Below are positions 50,174-59,159 of a stretch of DNA of 64,000 nucleotides, one piece after another; positions within the stretch are counted from its first letter, which is position 1; each line of letters starts with the position of its first letter. The notes under the pieces were generated by a model. It saw nothing but the letters and a program-made list of their open reading frames with translations, searched no databases and had not been told where the DNA came from. The stretch is from positions 81,051 to 145,050 of the forward strand of contig JBJFDL010000002.1 in NCBI GenBank assembly GCA_051889995.1, written 5' to 3'. The translations under genes were made by a program, and so were the position numbers. The stretch is from Christensenellales bacterium (GTDB taxonomy: Bacteria > Bacillota > Clostridia > Christensenellales > UBA1242).

Positions 50174-51019
50174 ATGAAAATTGATGAAATAAAAAATGCT
50201 CTTAAAAGAAACATTTATAAAAGCGAACACAACAATAAAAAATATTTTATAGCAACAGATATTGCTGTTGCTTTAGAATTAGATATAAATCTTTTCTTTA
50301 ATTCAACAAAAATGGTAGAAGATAAATTAAGAAAAATATCATATCCAATCAAAAGTATGTATCATGATTTCTATGACACAATTGATGAACATATCGATAT
50401 TCAAATTTCCTATGAGGGTTTAGTTTTTGCCTTAGGTGAATATTGGAAAAATTGTGAAGATAAAACCGAACGCGAAACTGCTCACAAAGCAGCCTTAATT
50501 ATGAAATCATTAGTTAAGCCTTACTACCAAAGCAGAATAGATGCAAGAAAAATATATTCTACAACAACAAAATATTTTAGATCTCTTATCAAAAAAGCAG
50601 TTGAAAACGAACGTTATTCTAATTTAAGTGCTCAGTTAAGCAATGTTTATTCAACAATTATCTGTAGTTATTACAATGTCGGTTACAGAGAAGATGTTCA
50701 AATTCAAAAGATTGGAGCAGATAAAAACTATCTTGATTTTATTTCTACTAAAGAACTTGCAGATTTATCTACTATTCAATCTTATATTCTTGATGAAGTG
50801 GACAAAAATCCAAAAACAAATTTTATAAAACTAGCAGATAAAAAAGCAAGAGAGCTACGTTCAGCTTTTATTTTAAAATATGGCGAAACTCCACTTCGCT
50901 ATAATTCACATAATAACACACCAACAAAAATGAAAAATGAAATCACTAAATTATTAAAAGAATATAAATTAGATGATGAAAACATAAAAAATGAAAATGA
51001 AATTGAAACACTAAAATAA
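50174..51019 (+). CDS. Hypothetical protein, DinD / Bro-N-like (tentative)
   Basis: 281 aa. N-terminal KKYFIATDIAVALE and a C-terminal half (STKELADL...ARELRSAFILKYGETP) reminiscent of DNA-damage-inducible protein D. Resemblance is from memory only. Confidence 0.35.
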   Translation: MKIDEIKNALKRNIYKSEHNNKKYFIATDIAVALELDINLFFNSTKMVEDKLRKISYPIKSMYHDFYDTIDEHIDIQISYEGLVFALGEYWKNCEDKTERETAHKAALIMKSLVKPYYQSRIDARKIYSTTTKYFRSLIKKAVENERYSNLSAQLSNVYSTIICSYYNVGYREDVQIQKIGADKNYLDFISTKELADLSTIQSYILDEVDKNPKTNFIKLADKKARELRSAFILKYGETPLRYNSHNNTPTKMKNEITKLLKEYKLDDENIKNENEIETLK

Positions 51020-51056
51020 CTTTAATAATTATTTAAAAAATGCAAAAACTATAAGT

Positions 51057-51845
51057 ATGAAAAAGATATTTATAGTTTTTATTTTTTTATTGATTTTCGC
51101 TTGTGGATGCCAAAAAAACGACACATCTTCTGTTGTTTCATTAATTAATGTAAATGATATAGTTATTAATAAAAGTCACATTTATATTGACAAAGGCGAC
51201 TCACTGGTTTTGTTAGCACAAGTCTTCCCTTTTAATGCAGATAATCAAAACATAATTTGGAAAAGTGACAATGAAGATATTGCCAGCGTTGATGGCGAAG
51301 GATTAGTTACTGGTATAACAGAAGGAAGAACAGTTATTACAGCAGAAAGTGAAGATGGGGGTTTTACAGACAAATGTGTAGTTTATATTTCCACTCCTAA
51401 ATTAAATTACTCAAATTATCCAAATAATCAAATTAGTTCTTCAAATGGCTTACCAAATATTAAACGTTTAGCAGAAGAAGATAATATTAATTATGACTAT
51501 GATTTTCAAGAAAAAATTAATAATACAACTGATGACGTAAGTGATAATAACAATATAATTCAAGATGATATAAGCGATAGTAATATTTTGAAAAATTTTG
51601 AGAAAACACAAAAATTGTTTGAAAGCACAATGCAAGAGTTTTATGAACAATTTAATGAAATTAACAATATTATTGAAAATACTGATGAACAAGATATAAA
51701 TTATTTTTATGAATTTAAATACAACTCACAAGGGTTAAATGAAGATGATTTAAATGAAGATAAGTTTGTTAAATATAAAGATGAAAAAACTTTAATTCGT
51801 GAATATAACAGAGAAATTGAAGAAAATAACCAAACTATTGCTTAA
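51057..51845 (+). CDS. Lipoprotein with Big_2 (bacterial Ig-like) domain and acidic tail
   Basis: MKKIFIVFIFLLIFACGC lipobox. IIWKSDNEDIASVDGEGLVTGITEGRTVITAES is a typical Big_2 segment. Confidence 0.7.
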   Translation: MKKIFIVFIFLLIFACGCQKNDTSSVVSLINVNDIVINKSHIYIDKGDSLVLLAQVFPFNADNQNIIWKSDNEDIASVDGEGLVTGITEGRTVITAESEDGGFTDKCVVYISTPKLNYSNYPNNQISSSNGLPNIKRLAEEDNINYDYDFQEKINNTTDDVSDNNNIIQDDISDSNILKNFEKTQKLFESTMQEFYEQFNEINNIIENTDEQDINYFYEFKYNSQGLNEDDLNEDKFVKYKDEKTLIREYNREIEENNQTIA

Positions 51846-51932
51846 TATTATCTACTTATAAGCAATGCTAAAAATTAATTTGTATTATTTGACTTTTATA
51901 AATTCTACGATATAATATTGTAGAGGTTCAAT

Positions 51933-52625
51933 ATGATTAGTTACGTAAGTTTAAATAATTTAATTTCAAAAATTAAAGAAAAAAAGATTAAAAATGCTGT
52001 TTTTGATTTTGATGGAACGCTTATTAATTCAGAGCCTTATCATTTTCAAGCTCATAAAATAATTATGAAAAAATTAGCAAATCATAATTTAACAAAAGAA
52101 GAGTATGTTAAAAAATTTTTAGGACACACAAATGAAGAAACTTATGCTATCTTTGAAAAAGAACATAATTTAAATTTAAATATTGAAGAAATAATTAAAG
52201 AAAAACTTAGTATTACAAATCATCTTTTAATTAACGACAAAGTGAAGATATTTGATTACTTTTTTAAATTGACAAGTGAACTTCAAGATGTAAATTTTTA
52301 TATATTGTCTAATAGCAACGCTGACATTATTGTCGAAATGCTAAAAATAAATAACTGTCTTAACTATTTTAAAAAAATATATTCACTTCCCGACTTAAAT
52401 CTTAACAAGGAATATTTTATAGAAAATTTTGAAAATTTAGCAAATATTGATAGAAAATCTACGGTTATTTTTGAAGACAGTAATTCAAAATTAAAACTTG
52501 CAAAAAAACTTAATTATGCTCTTGTAGTTGGCGTTGAAACAGATATGAATGCTGGCCAATTAATTGATGCCGAAGATATAATAAAAGTTGATAAAGATGG
52601 TAAAACACATATGACAAACATATAA
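51933..52625 (+). CDS. HAD-family hydrolase (beta-phosphoglucomutase-like subfamily)
   Basis: AVFDFDGTLINSEP motif I and FEDSNSKLKLAKK motif III/IV region. Promoter TTGACT/TATAAT and an SD upstream. Confidence 0.75.
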   Translation: MISYVSLNNLISKIKEKKIKNAVFDFDGTLINSEPYHFQAHKIIMKKLANHNLTKEEYVKKFLGHTNEETYAIFEKEHNLNLNIEEIIKEKLSITNHLLINDKVKIFDYFFKLTSELQDVNFYILSNSNADIIVEMLKINNCLNYFKKIYSLPDLNLNKEYFIENFENLANIDRKSTVIFEDSNSKLKLAKKLNYALVVGVETDMNAGQLIDAEDIIKVDKDGKTHMTNI

Positions 52626-52850
52626 TAAAGTTAATACAATTAAAGCACCTACACCAAATATTAATAAGTGTAAGTGTTTTTTATTTAAGTTTTAATATAT
52701 AATCAAAAATAATTTTTTACGTAGTTTATAATTAATACTTTTATTTATGTTATATTAATTCTTTAAAATTTGAATTGTTGAAAAATATAACTGATTTAAA
52801 TTTAACATTCTAAAAAATTTATGTTCTAATATTAAATTGTTTAGATTGAA

Positions 52851-52884
52851 TAAAAAGAACATATTTTAAAATATGTTCTAAAAA
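52851..52884 (-). terminator. Intrinsic terminator closing the 59043-52954 operon
   Basis: Perfect palindrome AGAACATATTTTAAAATATGTTCT (52856-52879) with flanking A and T runs. Confidence 0.65.
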
Positions 52885-52953
52885 TCTTAAACAAACAGCG
52901 AAAAATATATAATTTTTTAAAAATAAAATTTAAATATATTGTTTTTTATGGTA

Positions 52954-55002
52954 TTAATAAATATCTTTTACATCAAGTGGTAAATCATCATAAGAAGAAT
53001 AAGCGTTCACTTGAAAAATAGAATCTTCATAACCTATTGCGCTATTTAATGAATAGTTAAACGCAAGCACTATAGTAGCATTTCTAACATAACTATTGTT
53101 AATTGAAGACTGTGTATAATATGTTACTGGGCTAAAAATATATTCAAACAAACCAAAATTTGCAACATTAGTTGATAAGTATGCCGAAATGGTTCCAACA
53201 CAAGAATTTCCAGCATAATTTAAAGCGACATCTTTAATGTTAGAATAACTGTTTGAAACACTCCCAAAATTATTGTAAGAACAAATGCCACCAACCAACA
53301 AGGCATTGCTTGTTTTAACATTAAAATTCCCACTAAAACCACATTTATCAATAACAGCTAATGGAGAATATAAATAAGCACAAATCCCTGCAACAAAACA
53401 TTCTGTTTCTCCACTAACATTAAATTCACTTTCACAAAGTGAGTTTATTATTTTAGGACTATATATTACATTGTTAATATTGGCATACATATTAGCGTAT
53501 GTTATTCCACCAATATAGCATCCACTTAAACTGTTTGCTACAATATTCCCTTCAAATTTTGAATGGTTAATATTAGAATAGTTAATTGATGTTACTCCTC
53601 CTGCATAAACAATTGCAGACTTTGATTCAATTTCAATATTCGCACTGTTGATTGAATTTTTTATATCGCCAAAATTAAAAGTAGTAATTCCACCAACTAA
53701 AATTTCCAATTTGACTTCATCTTCTTCTGTTAAACTATTAACAGATAGTTTTCCTGAATTTACACAATCTTTAATTTCGCCATAATTTTCAATTACAAAC
53801 GCTGATATTGTTGGATTCCATTTTTCATTTGTTGATTGCGTAATATTTGCTTTATTTAATGAGTTATTAATTGCTCCTTTATTAATTCTAACAAATGCAC
53901 TCGAATCAACAGTTTCTAAATTTATTTCACCAATAACTTTTGAATTTACTATCTCACCATTATTAATTTTTGAGTAAGGAGAAAAATAAACATCTTTTGA
54001 AGAGTTATTCTTTATGTTTGCCGTAATGTTAATTTCACAATTTTTAATTTTTCCATTGTTTTCAAGCGCTATTATTGAAAGATTTTGTTCATTATTAACA
54101 ATATTAATTTCTTTTTCTATTATAACATTAAATTTAACATCTTCAATTTTGCCATTGTTCTCTTTTACTAAAAATGAATAATCTTCACCTACATCTTCTT
54201 CAATATTCACATTAATTATGCAATTTTTAAAATAACCTTTAAGATTTTCAATTAATGCTTTATTTTTTTGCTTGTTGAATGTTATTGTATGTCCATTTCC
54301 ATCAATACTACATTTATTTTTATTTGTATATATTTCTTCATTAAAAACCAAATCATCACAAAGTTTACTTTTTAAATTTTTGTTTATTGCATTAACAAAT
54401 TGAGTCTCATTATTAATTTTTAATGGATATAAATTTGTTCCTAACCCAAATATATTGCCAATCACTATTAAAACAACGCCAATAAATAAAAATCCACTTA
54501 AAACAATGCTTGATGTTAAAATTAATTTTTTCCTAAATTCATAAGACATTTTCTTCTTGGGAAGTAAAATTTCTGCCCTATTTGCAACTATGATTTCATC
54601 ACGCAGTGTATAAATTTTTTTTATATTATTAATGATTTCTTCATTTTTAAATAAGAGTTTATATTTCTTTTTTAGTTCTTTTCGCCTATCTAGAATGGCA
54701 AGCATTTCAATAGGATAAATTGTTTTATTGACATAAAAGCGTAAACTTCTTTGTGCATAATGTTTAAATTTTTGTTGCAATTCAAAAGGTTCTTCAATTT
54801 TTGTAAATTCGTTAAATTTTGCAAGTTTTTCTTCATATTCTTTTATAATGCTTCTGCTTTTAAAAAGATAACAAACAGAAAGGATTGGAAAACGACCAAA
54901 GGAAATATTTAAATTTTCATCACTAAAAAGACTAGCCTTAAATTTAATAAGGTTATCATCTTTTATAGCTTGAAAAATATTTTTATAATCTACTTTTTCC
55001 AT
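52954..55002 (-). CDS. Single-pass membrane protein with cytoplasmic N-domain and extracellular GLUG-like repeat domain
   Basis: TM LILTSSIVLSGFLFIGVVLIVIGNIF at about aa 160-185. Repeats include LVGGITTFNFGDIKNS, YAGGVTSINYSNINHS, YIGGITYANMYANINN, FVAGICAYLYSP, LVGGICSYNNFGSVSNS. Confidence 0.55.
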   Translation of the reverse strand: MEKVDYKNIFQAIKDDNLIKFKASLFSDENLNISFGRFPILSVCYLFKSRSIIKEYEEKLAKFNEFTKIEEPFELQQKFKHYAQRSLRFYVNKTIYPIEMLAILDRRKELKKKYKLLFKNEEIINNIKKIYTLRDEIIVANRAEILLPKKKMSYEFRKKLILTSSIVLSGFLFIGVVLIVIGNIFGLGTNLYPLKINNETQFVNAINKNLKSKLCDDLVFNEEIYTNKNKCSIDGNGHTITFNKQKNKALIENLKGYFKNCIINVNIEEDVGEDYSFLVKENNGKIEDVKFNVIIEKEINIVNNEQNLSIIALENNGKIKNCEINITANIKNNSSKDVYFSPYSKINNGEIVNSKVIGEINLETVDSSAFVRINKGAINNSLNKANITQSTNEKWNPTISAFVIENYGEIKDCVNSGKLSVNSLTEEDEVKLEILVGGITTFNFGDIKNSINSANIEIESKSAIVYAGGVTSINYSNINHSKFEGNIVANSLSGCYIGGITYANMYANINNVIYSPKIINSLCESEFNVSGETECFVAGICAYLYSPLAVIDKCGFSGNFNVKTSNALLVGGICSYNNFGSVSNSYSNIKDVALNYAGNSCVGTISAYLSTNVANFGLFEYIFSPVTYYTQSSINNSYVRNATIVLAFNYSLNSAIGYEDSIFQVNAYSSYDDLPLDVKDIY

Positions 55003-55007
55003 ATTGT

Positions 55008-55721
55008 TTATTTTTTAATTTTTACTTTCCTTTCTTTTGCCCATTTATCTAAAACTTCAAACAAGTATGCTTCGTTAACATCTTGATTTTGCACGACAGT
55101 GTTAATGAAATCTTTACTAATCTTATATTGATATGCTAAATCATTAATTGCTTTCCCTTGATTTTCAAGTTCGGAAAGCATTATTTTGTGGTCTTTTTTA
55201 ATTTCTTCTAAAGTTTTTGCATTTTCTATAACACTTCCTGCAACTTCTTTGTTAATAAACTCACCAACTCCTTGCAAATTTTTACTGTAAGTGTCCATAC
55301 TTTTTTGCAAATCTTTAACAGAATAAGAATTTTCTTTTGCTTCAATTAAATTTCCAATTTTTTGAATTTGTGCCTCAACTTTTCCCTCTAAATTATTCAT
55401 ATTGATAATTTTTTTCTCAACTTCATTAAAACTATTTAAAAGTTTATCAATTTCATTTGAATATTTATTTGATGCAATTAAAAATTGGTCGACTTTTTGT
55501 GTTAATTGATTTGATTTTTCTGCTTGATTGGCCAGCAAAGAATATATGGAGGACATTTTATCTTTAACTTCACCAGAAAGGGCGATATTTAATTTATCAA
55601 CATCTTCTTTTACTAAAAAATATGTTCCAGTAAATTCTTTTAAATTTTCTTGAAGTGGTATTAAAAGATTACGATAATCAATAAATGCTGTAATTAATTC
55701 TTTTAATTGTTCGTTTTCCAT
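55008..55721 (-). CDS. All-helical / coiled-coil protein, function unknown
   Basis: 237 aa with heptad-like Lys/Glu/Asn-rich sequence. AGGGGA RBS inside the end of the helicase gene. 19-nt overlap with it. Confidence 0.55.
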   Translation of the reverse strand: MENEQLKELITAFIDYRNLLIPLQENLKEFTGTYFLVKEDVDKLNIALSGEVKDKMSSIYSLLANQAEKSNQLTQKVDQFLIASNKYSNEIDKLLNSFNEVEKKIINMNNLEGKVEAQIQKIGNLIEAKENSYSVKDLQKSMDTYSKNLQGVGEFINKEVAGSVIENAKTLEEIKKDHKIMLSELENQGKAINDLAYQYKISKDFINTVVQNQDVNEAYLFEVLDKWAKERKVKIKK

Positions 55722-58153
55722 TTTTTATTCCCCTTTATTTTTTTCAAATTTTCTCTATTAATTTTAATGATTTCCTTTTGTGTTTCTAATTCGCCTTTAA
55801 CCAAATCAATAATTAATCGACAAACTTCTGGATTGTCAATAAAATCATTATAATAACTTACAACACTCGCATCAAGTTTTTCGCTTTTGTATTGCATATT
55901 TTCCAAAAATTCTAATAGTTTTTGGTCATTAGAGATTAAAAATTGTTGTCTAGCTTCTTCAAATAAGCCCGCTTGCCAAAATTTTATTCCTGCTTCTCTT
56001 GGTTTTTGTTTGAAAACATATTCTTTATAGATTTCAATTCTCGCTAATTGTTCGTTTAAAATTTGTTCATCTTGAAGTTTTTCTGCATAGAATTTTGCAT
56101 TTTCAAATTGTCCTAGTTTAATAAATTCATAAATTCTATCTATTATTTCATCTTGCTCTAATTCAACTTTGCTTATAATTTTTGTAAATTCTTCAAAAGT
56201 TTTTTCACCATTTAATATTTCGAAATTACGTTTAAAGAAATTATCAAAAACTTTCACATTTTCATTTTCAAAGACGAATAAGTTGTGCTTTGCTCTAGAT
56301 AATCCAACATAAAACAAATTAAAATAATATCTGTAAACAGAATTTTCATCAGCTTTTTTATGATTTAATTTTAAATTTTCTAGATATTTCCATTTTCCAC
56401 TATTATTAGAAATCAAATTCCATAGCAAAACTGTATCTCTTTCTAACCCTTTTACTTCACTGATGGTCAAAACTTCTTGTTTTTTAAAGATTTTTTTAAC
56501 TTCTTCTTTTTGTTCATTCGAATTGACTAATATTGTAAAGTTTTCAAATTTTTGATTTTTTAATTTATCAATAAAATGTCTATCGAAAGTGCATACAAGT
56601 TTTGTGAAATCATCTTCATCTACGCTTTCATTTTTAATAACAAAATTATGAAGTCCAAATTGTTCAATATTTATTTGTCCTAATTCATCTAATAAATCAA
56701 CTATTTTTTTATTGTTACGATAATTCGCTTTTAATGTTTTAACGTTTAATAAATCTTTCTCATACATTAATCGTTTAAGATAAGCAAAATTAAAATATGA
56801 AGGATTAATCATCTGCAAAGCATCGCCAACACAAAACATTTTAATACTTATTTTCTTTAATAAATATAAATTAATTTGAGTAAAATCTTGCACTTCATCA
56901 ATTATTGATAAACTATATTTAGGAATTTTATTTACCATAAAAAGTAATTTTCTAGAAATAATATTATTGTCAATTGCTGATTTTGATAGATATTTTTCAT
57001 ATTCTTTAGCTAATAGATAAATTATTTCGCATTCCTCTCTTGTAAAACTGTTTTCACGCAAAGAAATGTATTTTTCAAGTGACAAAATATCGTTTGGATT
57101 ATCTTCATCACACCAACCAAAAATCATACCATAAATTTCTTTATATAAAAGAGCATTTGAAATTTTACTAATTTTTTTCATTCTGTTAAGTAAATTATGA
57201 TTGCTGATGTTTGGCAAAAAATCTTTTTCAAATGTTTCACTGGTTGTTATTTCTATGTCTTCGTTCGTTATTTTTTTATACAAATCTTCAAGTAATAAAT
57301 AATCAACTTTGCTGTCTAGATATTCGATAATTGATTTAATTTGAGAAATAATACTTTTTTCATTATTATCCACCAAAGTTAAACCTAATCTTTTTTCAAT
57401 GGCTTTTTTGTGTTCCTTATCAAGATAAACAATTTTATTGTTTTCATAATCATTAACAAAATCAATTAAACTTTTCTTATAAAGTTCAATTTTGTTTTTT
57501 GTATCTAAAAGTAATGCCCTAGAAAATGTTGTGTATAAAATTTTTCCACCATAATTTTTAGATGCAACAAAAATTATTTTGCTTGTGCATATATTTGTTT
57601 TACCACTTCCAGCAACACCTTGAACAAGCACATTTTCATTTTCTATATTCACTATTTCTTGCTGTTCTTTATTTAACAAAGGCAAATTGACGTATTTTGC
57701 AAAACTTACATAATATAATTTTTTTAGATTATCTTCACTAATATTTTTAGAATCACAAGTGGCAACTATATTAAAACTATTTATGTTTTTTTGATAAGAA
57801 ATTATTCTGCTATCGTGATTTTTGATTTTTTTTCCATCAAAATTTGATGCAAAAAAAACTATATCAAAAGGCGAAATATTTTTAATATTTTGAAAACCAA
57901 ATTTAACATAAAAACAAAATTTTTTATCAAAAGTTTGTATCTTAAAAGAATTGCATTTTGTTCTTAAAAACATATTTTTAAAATCATTAAGTTTTGTTTG
58001 CAAAGCTTCGCCAATTTTTAGGATAAAATCGTCAATAGAAATAAGTTTTTTTGTTTGCATCAAAAACCTTTCAACCTTAAAAATGCTAGATTGAGATGAA
58101 AGATATTGTTTGTTTAAGTTAACAGATAATGTTTGAGATGCAATATTTTCCAT
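55703..58153 (-). CDS. SF1 UvrD/HelD-like helicase-family ATPase with unknown N-domain and TPR-like C-tail
   Basis: VLVQGVAGSGKTNI (Walker A), IIDEVQDF (motif II), CVGDALQ, LKANYRNN, VKGLERDTVLL, FYVGLSRAKHNLFVFE (motif VI). Confidence 0.8.
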   Translation of the reverse strand: MENIASQTLSVNLNKQYLSSQSSIFKVERFLMQTKKLISIDDFILKIGEALQTKLNDFKNMFLRTKCNSFKIQTFDKKFCFYVKFGFQNIKNISPFDIVFFASNFDGKKIKNHDSRIISYQKNINSFNIVATCDSKNISEDNLKKLYYVSFAKYVNLPLLNKEQQEIVNIENENVLVQGVAGSGKTNICTSKIIFVASKNYGGKILYTTFSRALLLDTKNKIELYKKSLIDFVNDYENNKIVYLDKEHKKAIEKRLGLTLVDNNEKSIISQIKSIIEYLDSKVDYLLLEDLYKKITNEDIEITTSETFEKDFLPNISNHNLLNRMKKISKISNALLYKEIYGMIFGWCDEDNPNDILSLEKYISLRENSFTREECEIIYLLAKEYEKYLSKSAIDNNIISRKLLFMVNKIPKYSLSIIDEVQDFTQINLYLLKKISIKMFCVGDALQMINPSYFNFAYLKRLMYEKDLLNVKTLKANYRNNKKIVDLLDELGQINIEQFGLHNFVIKNESVDEDDFTKLVCTFDRHFIDKLKNQKFENFTILVNSNEQKEEVKKIFKKQEVLTISEVKGLERDTVLLWNLISNNSGKWKYLENLKLNHKKADENSVYRYYFNLFYVGLSRAKHNLFVFENENVKVFDNFFKRNFEILNGEKTFEEFTKIISKVELEQDEIIDRIYEFIKLGQFENAKFYAEKLQDEQILNEQLARIEIYKEYVFKQKPREAGIKFWQAGLFEEARQQFLISNDQKLLEFLENMQYKSEKLDASVVSYYNDFIDNPEVCRLIIDLVKGELETQKEIIKINRENLKKIKGNKKWKTNN

Positions 58154-58161
58154 TTGCTTTC

Positions 58162-59043
58162 CTATAAATTATTTAACAGAATTTTTCCATTTAAAACGTC
58201 ATTTAAATTAAAACTTTCTTCACCAACTTTAAATTGACCTTTATTTAAATTGATAGAAAATTTATTTTTATTTTCTTCAATATTTTTTCTTTGAAGTTTT
58301 ATTAATTCTTCATTTTGTTTAATATAAAACTTTTCGACTTTTTCTCTTATTAATTTAAGTGCTTCTTCCTTATTTTGATATTGCGAACGATTTTTTTGAA
58401 CTTTAACAGTTATTTGAGTTGGCAAATGTTTTACCACAACTGCACTTAAAGTTCGATTGATATGTTGACCACCAGCACCACTCGCTTTTGTAGTTTTTAT
58501 GCTTAAAAGTTTTTCATCAAAAGTTTCTAGTTTGGTTTTTTCTTCAAGTGCAACTATTTTTGCAATTTCATATTCTTCTTTGTTTAATATTTGATATATA
58601 CCAATATAATTTTTTACATTGGTAAAGACATTTATTCCCGAAGCAATAATTTCAACCTTACTATCAAAACTTTTTATTCCCTTGGTGCATTCTTCACCCA
58701 AAACTAATAAAATCATATCCATTAACATTGATAAAATATTAGAAGATTTGGCACTAATTTCAATTTTAACATTTTGAAATAATTTCTCTTCATTTTTAAA
58801 GAGTTCATTTCGTAATTCTATTGCACATCTTTTTGCTCCATCAAGTTTATCTTCTTCAATAAAAAATTTAAAATCATTATATAAATTTACAATATTTTTT
58901 AAACTTTTTTGAACATTAAGATAATGCATAAATTGTTTATTATCGCTTACAATTTCAACGTATTCTAATAATTTATTGGCTTCATTATATTCAATTACTT
59001 TTGCATCAAGCAATTCAATAATTTCAACATCAAGTAATTCCAT
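58162..59043 (-). CDS. RF1-derived class-I release factor paralogue: GGQ domain intact, decoding region degenerate
   Basis: [43 protein letters not shown] is close to the prfB GGQ region. RF1-like N-terminal helices. No PxT or SPF. About 60 aa shorter than RF1. Confidence 0.8.
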   Translation of the reverse strand: MELLDVEIIELLDAKVIEYNEANKLLEYVEIVSDNKQFMHYLNVQKSLKNIVNLYNDFKFFIEEDKLDGAKRCAIELRNELFKNEEKLFQNVKIEISAKSSNILSMLMDMILLVLGEECTKGIKSFDSKVEIIASGINVFTNVKNYIGIYQILNKEEYEIAKIVALEEKTKLETFDEKLLSIKTTKASGAGGQHINRTLSAVVVKHLPTQITVKVQKNRSQYQNKEEALKLIREKVEKFYIKQNEELIKLQRKNIEENKNKFSINLNKGQFKVGEESFNLNDVLNGKILLNNL

Positions 59044-59048
59044 ATTTA

Positions 59049-59077
59049 ATTATAACAAATTTATATCTCATTTGCAA
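59049..59077 (-). promoter_or_regulatory. Sigma-A-type promoter placed for a leaderless RF-like transcript
   Basis: TTGCAA (59077-59072), 17 nt, TATAAT (59054-59049), 5 nt, ATG (59043). No SD. Confidence 0.5.
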
Positions 59078-59159
59078 AAAATTAATCAATTTTTTTCTAG
59101 ATAAGTTTTTTATGTATTTTAAATCGTATATTTATCAAGCATTCAAATTTAATAATTTA

